Assembly: GCA_965203935.1 (NCBI GenBank)
Contig: OZ241921.1
Coordinates: 1,236,276-1,300,275, forward strand
From: Bdellovibrionales bacterium
Lineage (GTDB): Bacteria; Bdellovibrionota; Bdellovibrionia; Bdellovibrionales; UBA1609
Direction: 5' to 3'
DNA length: 64,000 bases
In this document: one piece after another, positions 38,241 through 47,669 of the stretch
Layout of the letters: every line of letters begins with the position of its first letter
How positions within the stretch are numbered: position 1 is the first letter of the stretch
Notes under the pieces: generated by a model
What the model was told of the DNA's origin: nothing
The model's input: the letters and a program-made list of their open reading frames with translations, nothing else
Databases searched by the model: none
Program-made: the position numbers and the translations under genes

Positions 38241-38568
38241 TTATCACGCCCGACTATTTAGTAGCCCGTGAAAAACCCTTGGGCTTTAGCTGTTTTTGTC
38301 CAAAGTCCGCACCGTTTCGTGACGGAATACGATTTAACACTCACGGCACGGACTTTGGACAAAAATGCTTAAGGGGGGCACTTGTTCACGGGCGATTATT
38401 TAGTAGCCCGTGAAAAACACCTGTAAATTATGTCTCAAAAGCAAAGCCAAGCGGTGACGGGCGTATAGGCCAACGATTTGGCCTTCCGTTTCGTCCCGAA
38501 CAAGCCGGGGTTTTGTATGTGAGACTTACTAAATTCAGACTTTTTCACGAGCTACTATTTAGCGCTTT
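38241..38568. repeat. mosaic palindromic intergenic repeat array (two modules)
   Basis: A TTTTTGTCCAAAGTCCG-type module (38269-38385) and a degenerate TCTCAAAAGCAAAG-type module, with the junction TTATTTAGTAGCCCGTGAAAAA. Confidence 0.8.
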
Positions 38569-38579
38569 GTGAAGAAGTA

Positions 38580-38653
38580 TGGTCACGGTAGGATTCGAAC
38601 CCACGGCCTACGGTTCCGGAAACCGTCGCTCTATCCAGCTGAGCTACGTGACC
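38580..38653 (-). tRNA. tRNA-Arg (anticodon CCG)
   Basis: Cloverleaf readable on the minus strand. Acceptor GGTCACG/CGTGACC, D-arm AGCTCAGCTGGATAGAGC, anticodon stem ACGGT/ACCGT with loop TTCCGGA, T-arm GTGGG-TTCGAAT-CCTAC. No encoded CCA. Confidence 0.9.
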
Positions 38654-38914
38654 CCACTGTCACAATGTTTTAGAGGAATTACGAAGCTTTTACCTCCCTC
38701 ATTGGGGCCTTGAATTTTCCCCGTTACGGCGCTTTATCGCCTGCGCGAATCACATTATTTTGACATGAGTCTTTGTTTTTTTCAACTTTTAGGGTTTTTT
38801 AAAAAACCCGGCCAAAACCGAAAAAGTTTACCGTCGCCCTTAGTGTTTGAAAAAGAGCGAATCGGGGATTTTTTTAAGAAAAAAAGAAAAAAATTAAAAT
38901 TAAGTGGATAAGCG

Positions 38915-38944
38915 CTTGACTTAAAGAAAGCATAAGCTGTAAAT
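38915..38944 (+). promoter_or_regulatory. candidate promoter of the S10 operon (TTGACT-18 nt-TAAATT)
   Basis: Best sigma70-like match in the ~490-nt region upstream of rpsJ. Sequence inspection only. Confidence 0.3.
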
Positions 38945-39144
38945 TCACACACTGCATTATGTCCTGTCGCTTTGACAAAAGCGCGGAAAATCGGCATAGT
39001 AAAGTTTTTAACAGGGTTTTGAGGACTTAAAACAGCCTAAAACGCCTGTTTTAGGTTATTTTTATGGGATTATTGTTTTAAAGCAGTGGAAAAAGAACTT
39101 CCAACAGGAGGGGGACTTATCACCCACAGCAAGGAATACAAACA

Positions 39145-39474
39145 ATGGAAATGGAAGGACAAAAAATACGGATCCGCCTTATGGGTTTCGATCACAAGCT
39201 TTTGGATCAATCCGTTAAGGGGATTATGGATACAGCTAAAAGAACGGGCGCGCAGGTGGCCGGCCCTATTCCTTTACCTGTAAAAATCAATCGTTACACT
39301 GTTTTACGCTCCCCTCATGTCAATAAAAAATCCAGAGAACAATTTGAAATAAGACGCTATAAACGGCTTTTGGAAATTTCTGAACCCACTCCACAAACCA
39401 TAAGTCAGCTGACAAAATTGGATCTGCCGGCCGGGGTGGATGTGCTGGTCTCCACAGGAACACAAAATGGCTGA
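39145..39474 (+). CDS. rpsJ: 30S ribosomal protein S10
   Basis: [18 protein letters not shown]...[15 protein letters not shown]. Confidence 0.95.
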   Translation: MEMEGQKIRIRLMGFDHKLLDQSVKGIMDTAKRTGAQVAGPIPLPVKINRYTVLRSPHVNKKSREQFEIRRYKRLLEISEPTPQTISQLTKLDLPAGVDVLVSTGTQNG

Positions 39475-40543
39475 CAAAAACACGCGGTCTTCCGCAGAAA
39501 AAAATCCTAAGAAAGAAAAATCAGAGTCAGGTAAAAAGCCTTCTGAGCTGAAAGCCAAAAAAGCTGAGCTTAAAAAAGCTTCTGATCTAAAAGCCAAATC
39601 AGAGCCGGTTAAAAAGCCTGAGCAAAAAGCTGTTGCGAAAGCTGAAGGTAAAAAGGCTTCAGAACAAAAAGCCAAATTAGATCCGGTTAAAAAGCCTTCG
39701 AGTAAAAAGCCTGAGCAAAAAGCTGTTGCGAAAGCTGAAGGTAAAAAGGCTTCAGAACAAAAAGCCAAATCAGAGCCGGTCAAAAAACCTTCGAGTAAAA
39801 AGCCTGAGCAAAAAGCTGTTGCGAAAGCTGAGGTTAAAAAGCCTTCTGAGCCAACAGCCAAAAAAGATCCGGTCAAAAAGCCTTCCGAACAAAAAGCCAA
39901 AGAAGAAATTAAACTAAACGGCCTTTACGCCTTTAAATTGGCTATGTCCTCTCTTTATACAGAAAAAGGACAGGTTGTGCCGGTCACTTTTTTAAAGTTC
40001 AAGCCTTGGCTTGTGTCTCAAATCAAGAGAAAAGAAAAAGAAGGATATAACTCAGTTCAGCTGGCCTGTGTGCCTGCGAAAAACAAAACCTGCTCAAAAG
40101 CGGTGAAAAATCATTTGTCCCCGGCGGGTCTTTCAGGAAAGTCGCTTTTTATAAGAGAAATTAGGCAAAAATCGGTGGACAATATAAAAGTGGGGCAGGC
40201 TCTTTCTATTCATTCTCTTCAAAAAGGGGACAGGGTGAAGTTGCAGGCTGTTTCTAAGGGGCATGGTTTTACGGGCGTGGTAAAAAGATGGGGTTTTAAA
40301 GGAGGCCCCGCCTCTCACGGATCTAAAACACACAGGACAGGAGGCTCCATCGGCAACCGCACAGAGCCTGCCCGGGTCATGCCGGGCAAAAAAATGGCAG
40401 GCCGTTACGGAGTGGAAAAAACCAGCCTGAAAAATGTACAGGTCATAGATGTTATTTCAAGCGAAAACATGATCGTGGTAAAAGGGCCTGTGCCCGGGGC
40501 CGGAAACGGCCTTGTGCTTTTATCCAAAATGGAGAAAAGGTAA
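39467..40543 (+). CDS. rplC: 50S ribosomal protein L3 with ~155-aa Lys/Ala/Glu-rich N-terminal extension
   Basis: The L3 core starts near [24 protein letters not shown] and includes [20 protein letters not shown]. It is preceded by [22 protein letters not shown] repeats. The ATG at 39467 overlaps the rpsJ stop. Confidence 0.9.
   Translation: MADKNTRSSAEKNPKKEKSESGKKPSELKAKKAELKKASDLKAKSEPVKKPEQKAVAKAEGKKASEQKAKLDPVKKPSSKKPEQKAVAKAEGKKASEQKAKSEPVKKPSSKKPEQKAVAKAEVKKPSEPTAKKDPVKKPSEQKAKEEIKLNGLYAFKLAMSSLYTEKGQVVPVTFLKFKPWLVSQIKRKEKEGYNSVQLACVPAKNKTCSKAVKNHLSPAGLSGKSLFIREIRQKSVDNIKVGQALSIHSLQKGDRVKLQAVSKGHGFTGVVKRWGFKGGPASHGSKTHRTGGSIGNRTEPARVMPGKKMAGRYGVEKTSLKNVQVIDVISSENMIVVKGPVPGAGNGLVLLSKMEKR
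39611..39889. repeat. 93-bp tandem repeat x3 inside the rplC 5' extension
   Basis: AAAAAGCCTGAGCAAAAAGCTGTTGCGAAAGCTGA... recurs at 39611, 39704 and 39797 (period 93 = 31 codons). Confidence 0.85.
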
Positions 40544-41266
40544 ATGGACATAAAAAATACAGAAATTTCAACAGCCGGGGGGCGGGAAGCTGACAAGACT
40601 TTACGGCCGGCCACACAGGCTGTATTGCTGAACTGGAAAAAAGAAAAAGTAAGCGATATGGATTTGCCCCTTGTTTTTTGCGAAAAAGAAATGAAAACAG
40701 GGCTTATAAATGAGGTTATTCGTTGGCAAAGGGCCTGCGCAAGGCAGGGCACCCATAAGGCCAAAACCAGAGGAGAGGTAAGCGGCGGAGGAAAAAAGCC
40801 CTTTCGCCAAAAAGGAACAGGCAATGCCCGTCAAGGTTCTATCCGCTCCCCTCTTAATCGGGCCGGGGGGGTGACTTTTGGCCCCAAGCCCCGCTCCTAC
40901 AAATACAAACTGCCGTCGAAAATCAGAAAACAGGCTCTAAAACAGGCGCTTTCTTATTTGTGGAGAGAAAAAAAGGTGTTTTTTGTGCAGGACATGAAAT
41001 CCCCACAAGGGAAAACAAAAGAGCTGTACAGCCGTTTAAAAAGCTTTGGACTTAAAAAAGCTTTACTGGTGGATTGCCGTCAGTCTGCGGACCCGCTTTT
41101 TAAAAGAGCTGTGGTCAATTTAAAGTCGTTTCAGTTTTTGCCGGTGGAGGCCTTGAATGTATATGATCTGCTGAAACAGGGCTGTCTTGTGATGAGCGAA
41201 AAAAGTGTATTATTCCTAAAAACACAGGATAAGAAAAAGGAGAAAAATAATGAGTCAGTTAATTAA
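40544..41266 (+). CDS. rplD: 50S ribosomal protein L4
   Basis: GTHKAKTRGEVSGGGKKPFRQKGTGNARQGSIRSP. Confidence 0.9.
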   Translation: MDIKNTEISTAGGREADKTLRPATQAVLLNWKKEKVSDMDLPLVFCEKEMKTGLINEVIRWQRACARQGTHKAKTRGEVSGGGKKPFRQKGTGNARQGSIRSPLNRAGGVTFGPKPRSYKYKLPSKIRKQALKQALSYLWREKKVFFVQDMKSPQGKTKELYSRLKSFGLKKALLVDCRQSADPLFKRAVVNLKSFQFLPVEALNVYDLLKQGCLVMSEKSVLFLKTQDKKKEKNNESVN

Positions 41267-41528
41267 ACGGCCTCTCCTGACGGAGAAAAACAACCTTCTG
41301 GCCGGTAAAAATATTTATGTTTTTCAAGTGGATCGCTCCGCAAACAAGACGGAAATCAAAAAACATATTGAAAAATATTTTAATGTTGGGGTGCGCTCGG
41401 TAAAAACAGCAGTTTGCCGGGGCAGGGCGCGCCGAACCCGTGTGGGCCTTGGGCGTGTAAAGTATTGGAAAAAAGCCGTTGTCCGCCTTAAAGAAGGCGA
41501 AACAGTTAACCTGTTTGAAGGAAACTAA
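41250..41528 (+). CDS. rplW: 50S ribosomal protein L23
   Basis: 92-aa ORF. IKRPLLTEKN...VFQVDRSANKTEIKKHIEKYF. Confidence 0.9.
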   Translation: MSQLIKRPLLTEKNNLLAGKNIYVFQVDRSANKTEIKKHIEKYFNVGVRSVKTAVCRGRARRTRVGLGRVKYWKKAVVRLKEGETVNLFEGN

Positions 41529-41671
41529 AGCCAAAGGCTTTTGCTTGGCGTACTTTTAAGGAGTAACAAACTAAAGAAGAAAAAAACTAAAGCCAAAGGC
41601 TTTTGCTTGGCGTACTTTTAAGGAGTAACAAACTTAAAGAAAAAAAAACTAAAGCCAAAGAGGTAACAAAA
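41525..41671. repeat. 62-bp tandem repeat (2 copies plus a partial third) in the rplW-rplB spacer
   Basis: CTAAAGCCAAAGGCTTTTGCTTGGCGTACTTTTAAGGAGTAACAAAC... starts at 41525 and 41587, with a partial copy at 41649. The last copy supplies the rplB SD/ATG context. Confidence 0.85.
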
Positions 41672-42508
41672 ATGGGAATAAAAGTATTAAAGCCCCGCAC
41701 ACCGGCTACACGAAAAATGTCGGTTTCGGATTTTTCGGAAGTGACAAAAAACCGGCCGGAAAAATCTTTATTAAAGCCTTTAAGCAAAAGCGCCGGGCGA
41801 AACAATAAAGGCAGAATCACCGTGCGGCACAGAGGGGGAGGGCACAAGCGGGCCTACCGGCTTGTGGATTTTAAAAGGGTAAAGACAGATATTCCCGCCC
41901 GTGTAGTGGCTGTGGAATACGACCCCAACAGGAGCGCCCGTATCGCTTTGATTGCCTATAAGGATGGTTTGCGCTCTTATATTCTGGCCCCGGCGGGTTT
42001 GGATCCGGGTCAGGAGGTTATTTCCAGTGACAAAGCCGACATCAAACCCGGAAACAGCCTGCCCTTGATAAAAATTCCCACCGGCACAGAAATACATAAT
42101 ATTGAACTCCGCCCGGGCAAAGGGGGACAGCTTGCGCGAAGCGCGGGAACGGGCGCGGTATTGGCCGCCAAAGACGATAAATATTGTCAGGTGAAAATGC
42201 CCTCCGGGGAATTAAGAAAAATTTTATCCCTTTGCCGGGCCTCTATCGGTAAATTAGGAAACGCCGACAACGAAAACATAAGATGGGGCAAAGCCGGCCG
42301 GATTCGCAAAAGAGGTTGGCGGCCAAAGGTGCGCGGTATGGCCATGAACCCCATTGATCACCCTATGGGGGGAGGGGAAGGCGTGGGCAAGGGAAATCAC
42401 CCCATGACTCCCCACGGGAAATCGTGTAAAGGTTATAGGACAAGGAATAAAAAAAGAACGGACAAAATGATTATCCGCCGCCGTTATGCCAAGGAGGCAC
42501 AAAACTAA
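41672..42508 (+). CDS. rplB: 50S ribosomal protein L2
   Basis: [14 protein letters not shown]...[21 protein letters not shown] 41672 is preferred over the track start, which lies in the repeat. Confidence 0.95.
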   Translation: MGIKVLKPRTPATRKMSVSDFSEVTKNRPEKSLLKPLSKSAGRNNKGRITVRHRGGGHKRAYRLVDFKRVKTDIPARVVAVEYDPNRSARIALIAYKDGLRSYILAPAGLDPGQEVISSDKADIKPGNSLPLIKIPTGTEIHNIELRPGKGGQLARSAGTGAVLAAKDDKYCQVKMPSGELRKILSLCRASIGKLGNADNENIRWGKAGRIRKRGWRPKVRGMAMNPIDHPMGGGEGVGKGNHPMTPHGKSCKGYRTRNKKRTDKMIIRRRYAKEAQN

Positions 42509-42792
42509 TGGGAAGATCAGTTAAAAAAGGCCCTTTTGTGGATTATCATCTGATGGAAAAAATCAGTAAAGCCAAAAAAAGCGGCGATAAAAAAGTGATA
42601 AAAACATGGTCCCGCCGGTCGGTCATTATTCCAGACGCCGTGGGTTTGACTTTTGCGGTTCATAACGGCAAAAAGTTTATTCCCGTATATGTGTCAGAGA
42701 ATATGATTGGGCAAAAATTTGGGGAATTTGCCCCGACGCGGATCTTTAATGTTCATGCCGGCGGAAAAAAATCGCAGATGCAAAAAAAATAG
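42508..42792 (+). CDS. rpsS: 30S ribosomal protein S19
   Basis: [12 protein letters not shown]...[27 protein letters not shown]. Confidence 0.95.
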   Translation: MGRSVKKGPFVDYHLMEKISKAKKSGDKKVIKTWSRRSVIIPDAVGLTFAVHNGKKFIPVYVSENMIGQKFGEFAPTRIFNVHAGGKKSQMQKK

Positions 42793-42841
42793 GTTTGGAA
42801 CAAAGATCATTTAATAAGGTTATTAAAACCAAGGAAAAAAA

Positions 42842-43174
42842 ATGGAAGTAAAAGCCGAGCTTAAATATACCAGAGTGGGGGCGCAAAGGGCGCGCTTGAC
42901 AGCAGACATGGTTCGCGGAAAAAATGTGAACGAGGCCATTAGTATTTTGTCTTTTTCAACAAAAAAATCGGCTGTGCTGATAAAAGCGCTTATTGAGTCT
43001 GCGATGGCCAATGCAACAGTTAAAAAAGTGATTGATGTGGATAACCTGTATGTCAAAACCATTTATGTTAACCAAGGGCCTCACTTAAAGAGATTTCGCC
43101 CCGCCGCCAGAGGTCAGGCTTCTCACAGAAAGAAAAAACAAAGTCATATTAATGTCGTGCTGGACGAAAGATAA
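42842..43174 (+). CDS. rplV: 50S ribosomal protein L22
   Basis: 110-aa ORF. RVGAQRARLTADMVRGKNVNEA...GPHLKRFRPAARGQA. Confidence 0.95.
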   Translation: MEVKAELKYTRVGAQRARLTADMVRGKNVNEAISILSFSTKKSAVLIKALIESAMANATVKKVIDVDNLYVKTIYVNQGPHLKRFRPAARGQASHRKKKQSHINVVLDER

Positions 43175-43196
43175 ATCACCAAGGAGTAATATAAAT

Positions 43197-43868
43197 ATGG
43201 GTCAAAAAATAAGTCCCGTTGGTTTAAGAATAGGGGTCATTCGAAATTGGGATTCCCGATGGTATGCGGGAGGCCGAAAGTTTGCCGAAAACCTTCACGA
43301 AGACTGGCGTCTTCGCAAATATGTGAAAGACAAGTTAAAAAACGCCGGTGTTTCAAAGGTGGAGGTGGAAAGAACAGGCGAGCAGGTTAAGCTGATTGTT
43401 TTCACGGCCCGCCCCGGTTTTGTGATTGGCAAAAAAGGAGTGGGCATTGACGCTTTGTCGGCGGATATTCAAAAACGGGTAAAGCACAAAGTGTCTGTCA
43501 GCATTCAGGAAGTAAGAAAAGCGGATCTGGATGCTCAGTTGGCGGCCGAGAACATTGCCCTGCAATTGGAAAAACGGGTGTCTTGGAGAAGAGCCTTAAA
43601 AAAAGCCATAGCGGCCGCTGTCAGGCAGGGGGTAAGAGGGGTGAAGGTGCGTGTCTCCGGCCGTTTGGACGGAGCGGAAATAGCCCGCTCCGAGTGGTAC
43701 AACGAAAAAAGCATTCCTCTGCACACTTTAAGAGCCAATATTGACTATGGCTTTGCCGAAGCCTTAACCACTTACGGCCTGATTGGGGTTAAAGTGTGGA
43801 TGTATTACGGAGATGTTTACCTTATGAAGTCCGCGCCAAAAGGAGGGCGGAAAAATGTTGAGTCCTAA
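43197..43868 (+). CDS. rpsC: 30S ribosomal protein S3
   Basis: [13 protein letters not shown]... with AAGGAG 11 nt upstream. KH domain GFVIGKKG. Confidence 0.95.
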   Translation: MGQKISPVGLRIGVIRNWDSRWYAGGRKFAENLHEDWRLRKYVKDKLKNAGVSKVEVERTGEQVKLIVFTARPGFVIGKKGVGIDALSADIQKRVKHKVSVSIQEVRKADLDAQLAAENIALQLEKRVSWRRALKKAIAAAVRQGVRGVKVRVSGRLDGAEIARSEWYNEKSIPLHTLRANIDYGFAEALTTYGLIGVKVWMYYGDVYLMKSAPKGGRKNVES

Positions 43869-44262
43869 AAAAATAAAATGGAGAAAAATTCATCGGGGAC
43901 GCTTAAGAGGGCAGGCTAAAAGAGGATCTGAATTGTCCTTTGGGGCTTATGGTTTGATGAGCCTTTCCGCCGGGCGTATGACAGATCGTCAAATTGAGGC
44001 CGGTCGTATTGCCATCTCCCGCTCTATCAAAAGAAGCGGAAAAGTGTGGATCCGCGTATTTCCCGATAAACCCATAAGCCAAAAACCCATAGGGGTTCGT
44101 ATGGGTTCGGGCAAAGGGAATTTGGAGTTTTGGGTGGCCCTTATTAAGCCGGGCCGTATTTTGTTTGAAATAGAGGGGGTGACAGAAGAGCAAGCGCGGG
44201 AGGCTTTTCGCCTGGCCGGTCACAAACTGCCCTTTAAAACAAAATTTTTATCACGAGTGTAA
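43855..44262 (+). CDS. rplP: 50S ribosomal protein L16
   Basis: [19 protein letters not shown]...[14 protein letters not shown]. Confidence 0.95.
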   Translation: MLSPKKIKWRKIHRGRLRGQAKRGSELSFGAYGLMSLSAGRMTDRQIEAGRIAISRSIKRSGKVWIRVFPDKPISQKPIGVRMGSGKGNLEFWVALIKPGRILFEIEGVTEEQAREAFRLAGHKLPFKTKFLSRV

Positions 44263-44269
44263 CAGGCAG

Positions 44270-44470
44270 ATGTCCTTAAGGTGGGAAAAAGTAAAAATAT
44301 TAGCGTTTTTGCTTATAGTTGTTTTATTTGTTATTTCGTGTATAGAAAAAAAGCAATGCCATATTAATATGACTTGTGGGGAAGAAAAAACAGAAGAAGA
44401 GTGTGCAAAAGAGCTGAAAAAAGCCAAGGAAGAGTGTGAAAAGCCCCGTTTTTGGTTTTTTGGTTTGTAA
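44270..44470 (+). CDS. small putative lipoprotein ORF inserted between rplP and rpmC
   Basis: 66-aa ORF with a lipoprotein-type signal (KILAFLLIVVLFVISC) and a Cys/Glu/Lys-rich mature part. No clear SD. Confidence 0.35.
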   Translation: MSLRWEKVKILAFLLIVVLFVISCIEKKQCHINMTCGEEKTEEECAKELKKAKEECEKPRFWFFGL

Positions 44471-44528
44471 TAATATGCCACCTTAGTTAAAGGACTTGTG
44501 GTGGAACAATAAAAGAGGGTTTGTAAGT

Positions 44529-45053
44529 ATGAAGTATTCGGAAATAAAAAATTTGGAGCCGGCGGAACTTAAAAAGCGGCTGGCGCAAAATCGTCAGGCT
44601 TTGTTTACCGCAAAGATGAAGCATAAAATGCAACGGCTCTCTAACATGATGGAGTTAAGAAAAGGCCGAAGAGACATGGCCCGCTTAAATACGGCTTTGT
44701 CCGCCCTGCCGGAGTCCGCGTTTGAAAAAAAACCCTCTGATCAAAAAATCACAGTGCAAAAACCACCTGTTGCGACCGGAAAAATAAAAAAGCAAACCGT
44801 AATGCGGGCAAAAAAGAAGCCTCAAAAACAGGCTCCGCAGTCAAATTTAAAAGCAAAACAATCGCCAAAGCCGGACAAAACAGCGACACAAAAGTCAGGA
44901 GTGAAAGATAAAAGCCCTCGCGCTGAAGAACAAAAAACAAAAACAAAAAAATGGTTTGGTTTTTTTGGCTCAAAAGCAAAAAGCTCTCAAAAACCCGCTG
45001 GCGGCAAACCCGCAGGCGGCAAAAGAAGCTTTTTCAGAAGAAAAAGCGGTTAA
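44529..45053 (+). CDS. rpmC: 50S ribosomal protein L29 with ~105-aa Lys/Pro/Gln-rich C-terminal extension
   Basis: The L29 core is MKYSEIKNLEPAELKKRLAQNRQALFTAKMKHKMQRLSNMMELRKGRRDMARL. It is followed by a long basic low-complexity tail. Confidence 0.85.
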   Translation: MKYSEIKNLEPAELKKRLAQNRQALFTAKMKHKMQRLSNMMELRKGRRDMARLNTALSALPESAFEKKPSDQKITVQKPPVATGKIKKQTVMRAKKKPQKQAPQSNLKAKQSPKPDKTATQKSGVKDKSPRAEEQKTKTKKWFGFFGSKAKSSQKPAGGKPAGGKRSFFRRKSG

Positions 45054-45101
45054 GGCTAAAGCATACAGGGCAACTTAACACAGACTTTTTAAGGAGTAAA
45101 A

Positions 45102-45383
45102 ATGGAACAAGATAAAAGAGGCAGAATCAATATCGTAAAAGGGCAGGTGGTCTCCGACAAAGGGGATAAAACCATTTCTGTTTTGATTTACCGTTTGATG
45201 AAGCACTCCAAGTACGGAAAACACATTAGAAGAAAATCTGTATTTAAAGCGCATGATGAAAAAAATAAAGCTAAAACAGGAGATATTGTCAGCATCAGTG
45301 AAAGCCGCCCTTTAAGCAAAACCAAAAGGTGGAAGCTGATTAAGGTGCTGGAGACTTCCGCAGGCCGAAAGGAAAAACAATAA
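45102..45383 (+). CDS. rpsQ: 30S ribosomal protein S17
   Basis: [16 protein letters not shown]...[29 protein letters not shown]. Confidence 0.95.
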   Translation: MEQDKRGRINIVKGQVVSDKGDKTISVLIYRLMKHSKYGKHIRRKSVFKAHDEKNKAKTGDIVSISESRPLSKTKRWKLIKVLETSAGRKEKQ

Positions 45384-45751
45384 TGATTCAAATGCAATCC
45401 CGTTTAAATGTGGCAGACAACTCCGGCGCCCGTGAAGTGCAGTGTATTAAAGTGCTTGGGGGGTCCCGCAGGCGCACAGCCGGTATTGGAGACATTATCG
45501 TGGTCTCTGTTAAAAACGCCCTGCCCAATTCAAAGGTAAAAAAAGGGGATAAGGCGCGCGCGGTTATTGTGCGCACGGTTCATAAAGTTCAAAGAGGAGA
45601 CGGCACCTCCATCCGCTTTGACGAAAATTCCGCAGTCTTGATAAACAACAATAAAGAGCCTGTCGGCACCCGCATATTCGGCCCGGTGGCAAGAGAGTTA
45701 AGGGCCAAAAGTTTTGTAAAAATTATTTCGATGGCGCCGGAGGTTTTGTAA
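45383..45751 (+). CDS. rplN: 50S ribosomal protein L14
   Basis: [27 protein letters not shown]. Confidence 0.95.
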   Translation: MIQMQSRLNVADNSGAREVQCIKVLGGSRRRTAGIGDIIVVSVKNALPNSKVKKGDKARAVIVRTVHKVQRGDGTSIRFDENSAVLINNNKEPVGTRIFGPVARELRAKSFVKIISMAPEVL

Positions 45752-46294
45752 ATGAGCAATCTGCAAAAACAATATATGGAAAAAATACGGCCGGAATTAA
45801 AAAACCGGCTGGCGCTTAAAAACATTATGCAGGTTCCCCGTGTTGAAAAGGTGGTTTTAAGTGTGTGCGTGTCTCAGGCCGTTAAGAACGCCAAAATTTT
45901 AAATAATGTGTCTCAAGATCTTTCACGGATTGCCGGGCAAAAAGCGATTATTACAAAAGCCAAAAAAGCCATCTCCAACTTTAAAATAAAAAAAGGCGTG
46001 CCTTTGGGATCCTCAGTAACTTTGAGACGGGAAAAAATGTGGACTTTCTTGGAGCGTTTAATCCATTTTGCCCTTCCGCAGGTGCGGGATTTCAGGGGTC
46101 TTTCGCCTAAGAGTTTTGACGGGCGCGGAAATTACAATATGGGCATTAAAGAACAAATTATTTTTCCTGAAGTGGACTATGACAAAGTGGACGCAATTCG
46201 CGGCATGAACATCACTATATGCACTTCAGCTGAGGAAGACAGCCCGGCTCGAAGTTTATTGGAGTCTTTGGGATTGCCATTTAAGAAACAATAA
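45752..46294 (+). CDS. rplE: 50S ribosomal protein L5
   Basis: [16 protein letters not shown]...[19 protein letters not shown]. It starts the nucleotide after the rplN stop, so no rplX lies between them. Confidence 0.95.
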   Translation: MSNLQKQYMEKIRPELKNRLALKNIMQVPRVEKVVLSVCVSQAVKNAKILNNVSQDLSRIAGQKAIITKAKKAISNFKIKKGVPLGSSVTLRREKMWTFLERLIHFALPQVRDFRGLSPKSFDGRGNYNMGIKEQIIFPEVDYDKVDAIRGMNITICTSAEEDSPARSLLESLGLPFKKQ

Positions 46295-46324
46295 GTTACA
46301 CCTGCTGTAAAAAGAGGTCGAAGC

Positions 46325-46714
46325 ATGGATACAATAAGTCAGTTTTGCACCCGGATCCGAAACGCGGTTATGGCCGGGCACCTTAAAGTGGATATTCCCG
46401 GATCTAAAATTCAAGAAGGCCTTGCCGGCTGTTTAAAGAATTATGGATACATCAAAGGCTACACCGTGGTGGACGACGGCAGGCAGGGGATTATGAGGCT
46501 GTACCTGAAGTATAATGAAAAGGGCCGGCCCGCCATTACCTGTATTGAAAGATTAAGCAAGCCTTCCTGCAGAAGGTATGTAAAAGCGGGGCGGATTCCC
46601 GCCGTGCTTTCTCATTATGGCTTGTTGGTGCTCAGCACCAACAAGGGCATCTTGAGCGGTCAGGAGGCTAAAAAGCAAAATGTGGGCGGAGAAATGCTCT
46701 GTCGCATCTACTGA
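46325..46714 (+). CDS. rpsH: 30S ribosomal protein S8
   Basis: DTISQFCTRIRNAVMAGH...STNKGILSGQEAKKQNVGGEMLCRIY. Confidence 0.95.
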   Translation: MDTISQFCTRIRNAVMAGHLKVDIPGSKIQEGLAGCLKNYGYIKGYTVVDDGRQGIMRLYLKYNEKGRPAITCIERLSKPSCRRYVKAGRIPAVLSHYGLLVLSTNKGILSGQEAKKQNVGGEMLCRIY

Positions 46715-46724
46715 TGAGGAAAAT

Positions 46725-47273
46725 ATGTCCAGAATTGGAAAATTGCCGGTCAAGATAGCGCAGGGGGTGGAGGTGATTGTCAGCCCCAATAACGAAGTGT
46801 GTGTTAAGTCCGGCGGGCGCTTACTCAAAATACCGGTGAACCCCGTTATCGGAGTGGGTGTCAAAGACGGCGCTGTGGTTTTGACCCGGGCAAATGATGA
46901 GCCGAAATCCAAGGCCTGGCACGGCCTTTACCGCGCTTTAATTCAAAACGCGGTTACAGGGCTTTCCAAGGGATGGACAAAGACCTTGGTTTTTAAAGGG
47001 GTGGGATATAAAGCCAATGTGTCCGGTAAAATTTTAGAGATGAATGTGGGATACTCTCATCCCGTAAAGATGGACATCCCTGAAGGTTTGACAGTGAAAG
47101 TGGAAAAAACGAATATCATTGTATCGGGCGCGGACCGCGCGCAGGTGGGGCAGTTCAGCGCGCAGATCCGAGGCTTAAGGGAGCCGGAGCCTTACTTGGG
47201 AAAAGGCATCCGCTACAGTGACGAAACAATACGCAGAAAAGCCGGTAAATCCGGAGGAGAGAGTAAAAAATGA
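46725..47273 (+). CDS. rplF: 50S ribosomal protein L6
   Basis: [17 protein letters not shown]...[13 protein letters not shown]. Confidence 0.95.
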   Translation: MSRIGKLPVKIAQGVEVIVSPNNEVCVKSGGRLLKIPVNPVIGVGVKDGAVVLTRANDEPKSKAWHGLYRALIQNAVTGLSKGWTKTLVFKGVGYKANVSGKILEMNVGYSHPVKMDIPEGLTVKVEKTNIIVSGADRAQVGQFSAQIRGLREPEPYLGKGIRYSDETIRRKAGKSGGESKK

Positions 47274-47641
47274 TTCGTATTCAGATAAAAAAAAACAGCC
47301 CGCCACAGCTTAAAAAAAGGCTCAGAAACAAAGCGCGCTTAAGAAAAAAAATTTCCGGCACAGCGGAAAGGCCCAGGTTGGTGGTTTTTAGATCCCGAAA
47401 ACATATTTACGCTCAGCTGATAGATGATGCCTCCGGCAGGGCGCTTACCTCAGCAGGCACACTCAAAGCCGGGGCTGAAGGGGGAAACTGCAAAGGGGCT
47501 GAACAGGCGGGCCAAAAAATAGCGGAGCTTGCCTTAAGCCGTAAAATTCAAAAAGTGGTTTTTGATCGAAACGGTTTTATTTATCACGGCCGGGTGAAGG
47601 CGCTTGCGGAATCCGCCCGTAAGGCAGGACTTATCTTTTGA
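47270..47641 (+). CDS. rplR: 50S ribosomal protein L18
   Basis: [20 protein letters not shown]...[24 protein letters not shown]. Confidence 0.95.
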   Translation: MIRIQIKKNSPPQLKKRLRNKARLRKKISGTAERPRLVVFRSRKHIYAQLIDDASGRALTSAGTLKAGAEGGNCKGAEQAGQKIAELALSRKIQKVVFDRNGFIYHGRVKALAESARKAGLIF

Positions 47642-47669
47642 TGAGGAAAAACAAACTTAAGGAAAAAAA

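Noticed and set aside
39304-39900. 198-aa minus-strand ORF with repetitive [11 protein letters not shown] sequence
   Set aside because: It is the antisense reading of the Lys-rich repeats in rplC. rplC is supported by synteny and the L3 core.
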